From NCBI GenBank assembly GCA_013336275.1, contig JAAXUA010000005.1, positions 13,863 to 77,862 of the forward strand: a DNA stretch of 64,000 nt, read 5' to 3'. Both the position numbers and the translations under genes were made by a program. The notes below the pieces were generated by a model. That model saw only the letters and a program-made list of their open reading frames with translations. It did no database searches and was not told the origin of the DNA. This DNA comes from Candidatus Falkowbacteria bacterium. GTDB taxonomy: Bacteria; Patescibacteriota; Patescibacteriia; Patescibacteriales; GWE2-39-37. Shown piece after piece: positions 9,054-15,896 of this stretch; within the stretch, counting starts at the first letter, position 1; every line of letters starts with the position of its first letter.

Positions 9054-9197
9054 ATGGAAAGGTTGGATAATGATCAGTTAAGGACGGTTATGGCCCTTAG
9101 TCTGGCTGGCGGCAATCGTTCTAAGGCTGCGCAAGCCGAAGCGATACTCATCATTCGTGAGCAAGATCAACAAGACCAGCAAGGAGGCGGCAAATGA
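9054..9197 (+). CDS. 47-aa hypothetical protein (MERLDNDQLRTVMALSLAGGNRSKAAQAEAILIIREQDQQDQQGGGK)
   Basis: GGGAGG 5 nt upstream of ATG 9054, 2 nt after the previous stop; its stop overlaps the next start (ATGA at 9194-9197). Confidence 0.45.
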   Translation: MERLDNDQLRTVMALSLAGGNRSKAAQAEAILIIREQDQQDQQGGGK

Positions 9198-9433
9198 AAG
9201 GTCCCTATTTCGTAACAAACCCTGGATTGATGCCGCCGGTTGCGCACATCGCAGCGATGCCCGTTCCGGAAAAGATGTTCGAGAACTGGCGCAGCTGGTC
9301 GCCTGGAGACGGCGTCTGTCCGGCGTGCAACGGCACCCATATCGGAACCGAAGAAGTTATCAGCGGTGATTTGCGAGGCGAACGTCTCAGATGCAAGGAC
9401 TGCAACGCAGTCGGCGGAGCGAGCGTTTTCTGA
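9194..9433 (+). CDS. zinc-ribbon microprotein (79 aa), paralog of 8815..9051
   Basis: GGAGG 6 nt upstream; CPAC...CKDC four-Cys motif. Confidence 0.6.
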   Translation: MKGPYFVTNPGLMPPVAHIAAMPVPEKMFENWRSWSPGDGVCPACNGTHIGTEEVISGDLRGERLRCKDCNAVGGASVF

Positions 9434-9446
9434 GCAAGCAACACAG

Positions 9447-9470
9447 GCGGGGCTGAACATTCAGCCCCGC
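9447..9470 (+). terminator. GC-rich hairpin after the microprotein operon
   Basis: GCGGGGCTGA-ACAT-TCAGCCCCGC, 10-bp perfect stem; no clear U-tract. Confidence 0.4.
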
Positions 9471-9540
9471 TCCAATTATCCAAAATAGATTTACATATGT
9501 TATGCTATTGCAGAGGGAGATTATTCGTGTATAAAATATT

Positions 9541-9795
9541 ATGAACAATGGACTGGAAGGCTGGCGCAAGGAAATCAACGAACTTGACCGCCAGCTGATC
9601 AGGACTCTGGAGGCACGCTTCCGGGTCGTTGAAAAGATCGCCGGCTACAAGCGGACCAATGGTTTACCGGTCCGCGACGAGAAGCGCGAGCAGGAACTGT
9701 TAGCCTTGCTGGCGGAAGACACCAGCCTAAGCCCGCAATTCTTAAGGGACTTGTACGCGGTCATCTTTGCTAACTCATATCTAATCGAACAATGA
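9541..9795 (+). CDS. chorismate mutase (AroQ class)
   Basis: 84 aa; WRKEINELDRQLIRTLEARFRVVEKIAGYK, typical AroQ helix pattern. Confidence 0.85.
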   Translation: MNNGLEGWRKEINELDRQLIRTLEARFRVVEKIAGYKRTNGLPVRDEKREQELLALLAEDTSLSPQFLRDLYAVIFANSYLIEQ

Positions 9796-10385
9796 ATATG
9801 TCAAAAATCACTATCGGCGTTTCGGGAGGGGTCGGCAGCTTCTCCGAAGAAGCGGCTAACTACCATTGCCAGAAGGAAGGCATCAAGGATTACGAATTGA
9901 AGTATTTGGTGAGCGTCGAGAACGTCTTATCCGCCTTGGATAAGGGCGAAATCGATGAGGGGGTTTTTCCGATAGAGAATTCTAATGGCGGCATCGTCAT
10001 TGAGGCGGTGTATGCCATGGCCAAACACCAGTTCCAGATCAAGAAGATGTTCGAGATCGATATCAGGCACAATCTCTTGGCCCGCCGCGGCCTGAACCCT
10101 GGGGATATCGCGGCCATCGCCTCGCATCAGCAGGCGCTGAAGCAGTGCCGCATGTACCTCAAGCGCAAGTGGCCGGAAGTCGAGCTGGTCGAGTACAAGG
10201 ACACGGCCGAGGCGGCGCGCGACATCGCAGAAGGGCGGCTGCCAGCCACGACGGCAGTAATCGCCAACCGCGTCTGCGCCGAGCTGTATGATCTGGAAAT
10301 CCTGGAAGAAGGCATCCAGGACCTGAAATTCAATTTTACGACGTTTATCGTCGCCACGACTGCGGGCGAGCAGTCGGCTCTCTGA
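9792..10385 (+). CDS. pheA: prephenate dehydratase (catalytic domain only, no ACT domain)
   Basis: 197 aa; GVGSFSEEAA, PIENSNGGIV, TTFIVAT motifs; ATGA overlap with chorismate mutase. Confidence 0.85.
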   Translation: MNMSKITIGVSGGVGSFSEEAANYHCQKEGIKDYELKYLVSVENVLSALDKGEIDEGVFPIENSNGGIVIEAVYAMAKHQFQIKKMFEIDIRHNLLARRGLNPGDIAAIASHQQALKQCRMYLKRKWPEVELVEYKDTAEAARDIAEGRLPATTAVIANRVCAELYDLEILEEGIQDLKFNFTTFIVATTAGEQSAL

Positions 10386-10463
10386 AGACCCCGCAAGGGG
10401 CGAAGAGAGCAGCAATAATCTATATTTTATAGACGAATCTGCGAACTTAATTATATAAAATAA

Positions 10464-11192
10464 ATGAAAAAAATAGCAATCATCGGCTTCGGGCGTTTCG
10501 GTGAGCTCTTAGCTGACATTTTGAAGAATCACGGACAAGTTCATATCATGAGCCAAAGCGGCCATTCCGGCGCCTTTCCGCTGATCGGCAAACAGCAGCT
10601 CGGGGAGATGGACTGGGTGATACCGGCCGTGCCGATCTCCGCACTGGAACAGACCTTGCAAGACATCGCTTCCGAGCTTAAGCCTGACGCCTTGGTGATG
10701 GACGTCTGCTCGGTCAAGGTGAAGCCGTGCGAATGGCTGTTCAAACATGTTCCGGCCGGAGTCGAGATTATCGGTTCACATCCCATGTTCGGGCCTGATA
10801 GCGCCAAGAACGGCCTCAAAGGTTTGCAAGTGGTCTTGTGCCCGTTGCGTGCCGCCGAGTCGACCGTCGAGGAGGTGCGTGAAGTGTTCAGAAAGCTGGA
10901 GTTGAAGATTATCGAAACGTCCGCCGACGAGCACGACCGCCAAGCTGCGAATTGTCTGGCCATGGTCCACTTTTTGGGCAGAGGCCTGGATGAGATGAAG
11001 TTGGAAAAGCAGGAGATAACCACCATGGGCTTCGAGCGCCTCTTGGCGGTCAACGAGACTGTCGCCAATGACACCTGGCAGCTGTTTTTGGACATGCAGT
11101 ATTATAATCCGTATGCTGCCGTCGCCCGCAAGGCGCTTGTGTCAGCGCTTGAAACTGTCGAGGCTCAAATTCTGGCGGACAAAAGGGAATAG
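10464..11192 (+). CDS. tyrA: prephenate dehydrogenase
   Basis: 242 aa; IAIIGFGRFG NAD fold, DVCSVK, GSHPMFGP motifs. Confidence 0.85.
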   Translation: MKKIAIIGFGRFGELLADILKNHGQVHIMSQSGHSGAFPLIGKQQLGEMDWVIPAVPISALEQTLQDIASELKPDALVMDVCSVKVKPCEWLFKHVPAGVEIIGSHPMFGPDSAKNGLKGLQVVLCPLRAAESTVEEVREVFRKLELKIIETSADEHDRQAANCLAMVHFLGRGLDEMKLEKQEITTMGFERLLAVNETVANDTWQLFLDMQYYNPYAAVARKALVSALETVEAQILADKRE

Positions 11193-11200
11193 TGATTTTC

Positions 11201-11229
11201 TTGCAATTATTTTTAGGCTTTGCTAAAGT
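11201..11229 (+). promoter_or_regulatory. sigma70-like promoter of the DUF62 leader
   Basis: TTGCAA (11201-11206), 17-nt spacer, TAAAGT (11224-11229). Confidence 0.45.
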
Positions 11230-11235
11230 AGCGCC

Positions 11236-11286
11236 ATGACAAAAACCTTACTGACAAATCCAGGCTTAATGATGATGCGCCCTTAG
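11236..11286 (+). CDS. candidate leaderless leader peptide MTKTLLTNPGLMMMRP (16 codons, three consecutive Met)
   Basis: ATG lies 7 nt after the -10 box, so it is predicted leaderless. ATGATGATG at 11269-11277; the stop TAG overlaps the loop/3' arm of the first terminator hairpin. Confidence 0.3.
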   Translation: MTKTLLTNPGLMMMRP

Positions 11287-11299
11287 GGCGCCGGTTTTT
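11277..11299 (+). terminator. terminator/attenuator hairpin 1
   Basis: GCGCCC (11277-11282)/GGGCGC (11286-11291) then T5 at 11295-11299. Confidence 0.5.
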
Positions 11300-11317
11300 G
11301 CTTGCTTTCGCTTTTCA

Positions 11318-11357
11318 AACCGGGCCATTCTTCTGAAGAACGGTCCGGTTTTTTTGT
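11318..11357 (+). terminator. terminator/attenuator hairpin 2
   Basis: About 14-bp stem AACCGGGCC.TTCTT/AAGAA.GGTCCGGTT followed by a T9 run. Confidence 0.65.
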
Positions 11358-11386
11358 TCTAAATTTTTTTGAGGCACTTGTGAATG

Positions 11387-11458
11387 GCCAAGCTTTTGGA
11401 ACTCGATTTTTGCTTAGATGGGTACATATGCGCAAAAATCGAGTTCCAAAAGCTTGGC
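11387..11458. repeat. perfect 27-bp inverted repeat with 18-nt spacer
   Basis: GCCAAGCTTTTGGAACTCGATTTTTGC (11387-11413) is the exact reverse complement of 11432-11458; ends 40 nt upstream of ATG 11499. Confidence 0.9.
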
Positions 11459-11498
11459 TGGCGCAATAATATATTATTTATTTTTTAAAGAAAAAATT

Positions 11499-12287
11499 AT
11501 GAATCTGACAATCATTAACGACTGCCGTGACGACAATGCCAAAGTCCGGCAACTGGCCCGGGCCAAGAGCCTGATCGGCCACGAGGCCGCATTCATCGGA
11601 GTAGCTAACGACCTGGAGGCAGCAGGCTGTATCATCGACGTGCTTGATGCTTATGGCGAGGCGGGCGGTACGATCATTGCCAACGTCGCGCCGCGCAACG
11701 GCGGAGGCAAGCGCTGGCCCAACGGTACGCCGTTCGCTTACGCTCGCATCGGCAACAGCCTGGTCGTGGCCTCGATCAGCGGGCTGACTTGGTCACTCGT
11801 CCGCAAGCTCGGGTTGGCCCGATCGATCGAGGTGATGGATATCCCGACCGTGCTCAAGGAATTGGCCGAGGCAGGCGTCCTGGATTCTGATCTGATCGAA
11901 CCGATTACCAAGAGCCAGTTCAGAAGTTATGAGTTCTTGCCCCGCGTCGCGGCCTTCTTGCTTTCCGGCGGTGCAGTTCCGAGCGAAACCGTCTCTCTCG
12001 ACGAATTGGATCAGGCGGAACCGGCTGTCTGGTGGGCGGATAATTTCGGCAACTGCAAAACCAGTTTACTGGCGCAAGAGGTTTCGTTTAAGGCAGGGAG
12101 CAGCGTAAGTACTATCTGGGGAGAATTGCCAGGGTATGAACGGCTCAAGGACGTGCCTGACGGCGAGCCGGCCATCATCATCGGCAGCTCCGGTTTCGGG
12201 TCAGCGCGCTTTCTTGAATTGGTTGTCCAAGGCGCAAGCGCGGCCCAGCATTTCGGGGTAAAAAGCGGCCAGAGCATCCTCGCCTAA
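11499..12287 (+). CDS. DUF62 / SAM hydroxide adenosyltransferase (chlorinase-fluorinase) family protein
   Basis: 262 aa from internal ATG 11499 (the track ORF starts at 11418 inside the inverted repeat); ANVAPRNGG, WWADNFGNCKTS (DxFGNxxT) and SSGFGSARFLELVVQGASAA C-terminal motifs. Confidence 0.7.
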   Translation: MNLTIINDCRDDNAKVRQLARAKSLIGHEAAFIGVANDLEAAGCIIDVLDAYGEAGGTIIANVAPRNGGGKRWPNGTPFAYARIGNSLVVASISGLTWSLVRKLGLARSIEVMDIPTVLKELAEAGVLDSDLIEPITKSQFRSYEFLPRVAAFLLSGGAVPSETVSLDELDQAEPAVWWADNFGNCKTSLLAQEVSFKAGSSVSTIWGELPGYERLKDVPDGEPAIIIGSSGFGSARFLELVVQGASAAQHFGVKSGQSILA

Positions 12288-12289
12288 TC

Positions 12290-12317
12290 TTGATTTTTGG
12301 CGGCTTAATGCTACAAT
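12290..12317 (+). promoter_or_regulatory. sigma70-like promoter
   Basis: TTGATT (12290-12295), 16-nt spacer, TACAAT (12312-12317). Confidence 0.5.
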
Positions 12318-12323
12318 ATAGGT

Positions 12324-12594
12324 GTAGGAAACAACGTTCTTACCAGAAAAGTTCCACCGAAGACTGATGCAAGTTTTGGATCAAACTATAAGACATTGGC
12401 AGGCCGTTTTAGTCCCGGGCTGAGGCTCGGTCTATAGGCCCACAAGGGTGAACTGGCGAGAGACGGATTGTTCAGAGGAATCCGAGTAATCCGTCACGAA
12501 CCAAATTTCGCTTCGAGCGGCTTGTCCGCACGGCGCGAAAACCTATTTCTCTCTTTAGCCAATTCTTGATCAGCCATTTGGTGGAACTTTTTTG
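12324..12594 (+). ncRNA. structured non-coding RNA of unknown class (about 270 nt)
   Basis: No ORF. Four nested helices: AAAGTTCCACC 12348-58/GGTGGAACTTT 12580-90, CTGAT 12364-68/ATCAG 12569-73, ATTGGC 12395-400/GCCAAT 12558-63, GCCGT 12403-07/ACGGC 12530-34. Inner 8-bp GACGGATT/AATCCGTC hairpin; terminal U-tract. Confidence 0.5.
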
Positions 12595-12606
12595 CATATG
12601 AAGATT

Positions 12607-12677
12607 CGGGGTATCGTATAGTGGCAGTACGCGTGGCTGGGGGTCATGTAGCTGCGGTTCGATTCCGCATACCCCGA
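12607..12677 (+). tRNA. tRNA-Pro (anticodon GGG)
   Basis: Cloverleaf folded by hand: acceptor CGGGGTA/TACCCCG, anticodon loop CTGGGGG, T-arm TGCGG-TTCGATT-CCGCA, discriminator A; CCA not encoded. Confidence 0.9.
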
Positions 12678-12688
12678 CAGGGAAATGT

Positions 12689-12719
12689 AAAAAAAACGGG
12701 TTTAGGGCCTGTTTTTTTT
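12689..12719. terminator. A/T-flanked hairpin after tRNA-Pro
   Basis: A8-CGGG...CCTG-T8 palindromic arrangement. Confidence 0.5.
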
Positions 12720-12814
12720 GTTAATATTGACAAAAGCATTTAAAAGTGGTATGGTCATTTTTCCGCTGTAAAGCAGGCTCATTCTAAAAACCACCCACCA
12801 AAGGAGGGCGTATT

Positions 12815-14047
12815 ATGAGAGGAAATAGCATCAAGAGATTGGTAGATATGCAGGGAGTTATCGCGATGGTGTTGGCTGGCGGTCGCGGTGAAAGGCTGAT
12901 GCCTTTGACGGCCGAAAGAGCCAAACCGTCGGTCCCGATAGCTGGCAAGTATCGGATCATCGATTTCATCATGAACTCGCTGGTCAATTCCGGATTGAAC
13001 GAAATCAGAGTCCTGATCCAGTTTAAGTCCCAGCCTCTGTACCGCCACATCACCGCCCTGTATCCGTCGGCCCCGATCCACAACCGTTTTATCGAACCGG
13101 TGCCGGCTCAGATGCGGGTCGGCCAAGGATGGTATTCCGGTACCGCAGATGCCGTATATCAGAACAGCTACATGCTGGAAGATTTCGGTTTCGAAGTAGC
13201 GGCCATATTCTCGGGTGACCACATCTTTGTCGTCGACGTCAGCCAGATGTACGAGTATCACTGCCATAAAGAGGCAGACTTCACCATCGCGGCGATACCG
13301 ACCCCGGTCGAACAAGCGGCCGGACAACTGGGCGTCATTGTCGTCGACGAGCAGGACCGGATCATCGGCTTCGATGAGAAGCCGGCCGTGCCCAAAGAGA
13401 TTCCTGGCAAACCGGGCTGGTGTTACGCCTCGATGGGCAACTATCTGGCGAACATCCCCATCCTTACCGAACTGTTGAAGGAAGACGCTCAAAACGAGGA
13501 ATCAAGCCATGATTTCGGCAGAGATGTCATTCCGATGATGCTCGACCGTGGCCTGGCTGTCTATGCTTATGATTTCCACACCAACAAGATCGCCGGTCAG
13601 GAGGAGCCTTACTGGCGCGACCTCGGAACGATCGCTTCGTACCACGCTGCCAACATGGATGTCTGCAGCGTCGATCCGGTTTTCAACCTGTACAACAGGA
13701 TGTGGCCCTTGCGTTCGCCGGCCGATAACTCGCCGCCCCACAAAGGCGGACTGGGCTCCCGGCTCGACAACTACCTCATCAGCGGCGGCTGCATCGTCAA
13801 CAAGTCGGAAATCTACAGTTCCGTACTGAGCCCGTTCGTCCGCGTCGAAGCCTCTCAAGTCATGGAGAGCGTCATCTTCTCTAATGTGAACATCGGTCCG
13901 GGATCCAGGCTCAAACGCTGCATCGTCGACAAGAACGTGCGCATCCCTCCGGGAACGATGATCGGCTTCAGCGCCGAAGAAGACTCCGCACGCGGCCTGG
14001 CTGTCGTTGACGGCATTACGGTCGTTCCCAAGAGCTTCCAATTCTGA
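12815..14047 (+). CDS. glgC: glucose-1-phosphate adenylyltransferase
   Basis: 410 aa; VLAGGRGERLMPLTAERAKPSVPIAGKYRIIDF N-terminal signature, left-handed beta-helix C-terminus; AAAGGAGGG upstream. Confidence 0.92.
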   Translation: MRGNSIKRLVDMQGVIAMVLAGGRGERLMPLTAERAKPSVPIAGKYRIIDFIMNSLVNSGLNEIRVLIQFKSQPLYRHITALYPSAPIHNRFIEPVPAQMRVGQGWYSGTADAVYQNSYMLEDFGFEVAAIFSGDHIFVVDVSQMYEYHCHKEADFTIAAIPTPVEQAAGQLGVIVVDEQDRIIGFDEKPAVPKEIPGKPGWCYASMGNYLANIPILTELLKEDAQNEESSHDFGRDVIPMMLDRGLAVYAYDFHTNKIAGQEEPYWRDLGTIASYHAANMDVCSVDPVFNLYNRMWPLRSPADNSPPHKGGLGSRLDNYLISGGCIVNKSEIYSSVLSPFVRVEASQVMESVIFSNVNIGPGSRLKRCIVDKNVRIPPGTMIGFSAEEDSARGLAVVDGITVVPKSFQF

Positions 14048-14069
14048 AATTAAATTTTCGCAACCCGAC

Positions 14070-14101
14070 GAGGGCACCTACGAGTGCCCTCATTTTTTTT
14101 G
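14070..14101 (+). terminator. rho-independent terminator of glgC
   Basis: GAGGGCAC (14070-77)/GTGCCCTC (14084-91) followed by a T9 run. Confidence 0.8.
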
Positions 14102-14120
14102 CCAAAACAAAACGCACGGG

Positions 14121-14285
14121 CTAGCCGTGCGCGAAGGCAGAGATGGCGAAATTAAAGATAGCGGTGAACGCTTGTTCGAGGAGCTTGAAGAAAAGAACAT
14201 GCTTGGCTCCTTGAAACATTACGAAACCGCCGAGCCCGACGAAGGCCATACACGAACACACTGGGAAAATCAACCGCTTATTCAT
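14121..14285 (-). CDS. 54-aa small membrane protein (below the track threshold)
   Basis: Own translation MNKRLIFPVCSCMAFVGLGGFVMFQGAKHVLFFKLLEQAFTAIFNFAISAFAHG; AAGGAGGT 6 nt upstream; followed by GCACGG/CCGTGC hairpin and a T-run on the minus strand. Confidence 0.5.
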   Translation of the reverse strand: MNKRLIFPVCSCMAFVGLGGFVMFQGAKHVLFFKLLEQAFTAIFNFAISAFAHG

Positions 14286-14317
14286 GGCTTGACCTCCTTG
14301 TCCGCTGCCTCGCAGCG

Positions 14318-14578
14318 TTAATCGTTAGCAGCCGGTTCTTTGTAGTATTGTTTCAAGGTTTCAATCAGTGCTTTCACCATGGTGATGTGCCTTTCTTCGT
14401 CGCTGGCGATATCGCGCAACAAGTCCTGGTCGTCCTGATCGGTCAAGAGTTCGGCGAGAAATTGGTAGGAATCGAGCGAGCGCTCTTCAGCAATCAAAGC
14501 CTGGTTCAGGTCAAACAAGGCGTCATCAAGATTCATATCGCAAGTGCGGGGTTTGAAGTCGGGTTGGTTAGACATCAT
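14318..14578 (-). CDS. half-ferritin/rubrerythrin-like two-helix protein (86 aa)
   Basis: ALIAEERSLDSYQFLAE ... IASDEERHITMVKAL gives an E-x29-ExxH diiron half-site pattern. Confidence 0.55.
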   Translation of the reverse strand: MMSNQPDFKPRTCDMNLDDALFDLNQALIAEERSLDSYQFLAELLTDQDDQDLLRDIASDEERHITMVKALIETLKQYYKEPAAND

Positions 14579-14840
14579 ATTTTTTGATTAATCCTTGTAC
14601 GGCCTCTTTGTGCCGTATCGATTCCTGCTGGATCTGGGTCAGAGCCTGGCGGAAGCCGGGACGCTTGTCTTCGGGCAGGCAACCGTCGATGCCGACATCA
14701 AGCAAAGTCAGGTAGAGCCCGATCATCTGGGATTCCATGACCTCATCTTGGCGCAGGCCCTCGATTATTTCCTTTAAAGATTCTTGTTTCATATGTTTGT
14801 TTAGTATGTTCATTATATCATCGAATGTTTTTTTTGCCAA
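14568..14840 (-). CDS. acidic helical protein (90 aa), degenerate paralog of the half-ferritin gene; start uncertain (TTG at 14840 or internal ATG)
   Basis: RQDEVMESQMIGLYLTLL ... IQQESIRHKEAVQGLI aligns with the downstream protein; 11-nt overlap with it. Confidence 0.45.
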   Translation of the reverse strand: MAKKTFDDIMNILNKHMKQESLKEIIEGLRQDEVMESQMIGLYLTLLDVGIDGCLPEDKRPGFRQALTQIQQESIRHKEAVQGLIKKYDV

Positions 14841-14853
14841 TTACAGCTGAATC

Positions 14854-14882
14854 TTGAATAATCGGCAGGGCAGGGGTAGAAT
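14854..14882 (+). promoter_or_regulatory. sigma70-like promoter of mscL
   Basis: TTGAAT, 17-nt spacer, TAGAAT. Confidence 0.5.
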
Positions 14883-14912
14883 ATAGGTATTAACCCAATA
14901 ACTTATAAGACT

Positions 14913-15254
14913 ATGCAAGAACTGAAAGATAAGATGATCAAGGAGCCGTTGGTCGGTTTCGTGCAATTCATCCGGGAGCAGGGAGTTGTCGGTCTGGCTA
15001 TCGGTTTCATTCTCGGCACCTCGATCAACAAGGTCGTGACCTCCTTGGTCAACGACATCATCCAGCCAGCAATCGGCTTGCTGTTCGGTTCGGGACAGGA
15101 ACTAGTCACGCTCAAGTTCAGGAATATAATGTATGGGCGATTCCTGGCCGGCTTGATCGATTTCGCTATCATCGCCGCCGTGGTCTACTTCGGCTTCAAG
15201 GGTATGAAGCTTGATCGCCTTGACCTCAAGAAGGAAGACCCGGCCAAGAAATAA
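14913..15254 (+). CDS. mscL: large-conductance mechanosensitive channel
   Basis: 113 aa; FIREQGVVGLAIGFILGTSINKVVTSLVNDIIQP, typical MscL TM1 region. Confidence 0.9.
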   Translation: MQELKDKMIKEPLVGFVQFIREQGVVGLAIGFILGTSINKVVTSLVNDIIQPAIGLLFGSGQELVTLKFRNIMYGRFLAGLIDFAIIAAVVYFGFKGMKLDRLDLKKEDPAKK

Positions 15255-15282
15255 AAAAAAGAGGGGCGCGGATGCGTCCCTC
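15253..15282 (-). terminator. terminator of the response-regulator gene (hairpin shared with the mscL 3' end)
   Basis: 9-bp stem GAGGGGCGC/GCGTCCCTC; followed by T8 on the minus strand. Confidence 0.6.
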
Positions 15283-15291
15283 GGGGAAACC

Positions 15292-15642
15292 TTACTTCAG
15301 TAGAGAATTTACGGCCGCGATCAAGTCGTGCGGCCTGAACGGCTTGGCCAGGTAGAGGCCGGCTTGACACCTTTCCCGAGTTTCGGGGTTGCCGGACATG
15401 GCCAGGATCTTGGCCTTCGGTTCGATCATCAGGATCGAAGAGATGACGGCCGGACCATCGACATTGGGCATTTCCATGTCTACGACTACCAGGTTAATGA
15501 TGCTGCGGTGGCTGAGCCAGATGTCGGTGCCTTGCTTGCCTCCGGACGCGGTCAGGACATTGAACCCCTCCCGCTCCAGGATATCTTTGGCAATCTGCAC
15601 GATGGACGGCTCGTTGTCTATAATCAGTATCGTTACACTCAT
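15292..15642 (-). CDS. single-domain (CheY-like) response regulator
   Basis: ILIIDNEP...VVVDMEMPNVDG...LAKPF receiver motifs. Start set to ATG 15642, 6 nt after AAGGAGG; the longer track ORF would overlap the rlmN promoter. Confidence 0.8.
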   Translation of the reverse strand: MSVTILIIDNEPSIVQIAKDILEREGFNVLTASGGKQGTDIWLSHRSIINLVVVDMEMPNVDGPAVISSILMIEPKAKILAMSGNPETRERCQAGLYLAKPFRPHDLIAAVNSLLK

Positions 15643-15695
15643 GTACATCCTCCTTGTTGTGGTTTCCTTTTTAAAATAGGCGTCCGAAGACGCAC

Positions 15696-15724
15696 TTGAC
15701 AATGAGCTGAGTTGTCAGTATAGT
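15696..15724 (+). promoter_or_regulatory. sigma70-like promoter of rlmN
   Basis: TTGACA, 17-nt spacer, TATAGT. Confidence 0.6.
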
Positions 15725-15896
15725 TACATTTCTAATGATTTGTCAATACCTATGAAAGCCGGAACCAGAAGCAAGGTCGGGAACCGGAAAAGCAACCCTT
15801 CTTATCGCACGCCTTCGCGTTGGCGGGCTTTGCCGGCTATCGACAAGAAAACCCTAACAAACAAACCGGCCGTCGCGCCTTTTCATAAACAAGAAA

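Noticed and set aside
12324-12594. Possible RNase P RNA, because of AGTCCCGGGCT and AAGGGTGAA resembling CR-I/CR-II
   Set aside because: The 3' side lacks the ACAGAA-CCGGCUUA segment next to P1. The nested helices leave only about 6 nt between the inner helix and P1, so the P4 pseudoknot cannot form. SRP (no GGAA/AGCA helix 8), tmRNA (no tRNA-like end) and T-box (no A2 helix) were also considered and not supported. It is kept as an RNA of unknown class.
14007-14321. 104-aa plus-strand ORF overlapping the glgC 3' end and terminator
   Set aside because: It spans the glgC terminator and has no SD. The minus strand carries a better-supported 54-codon ORF with AAGGAGGT and its own terminator.
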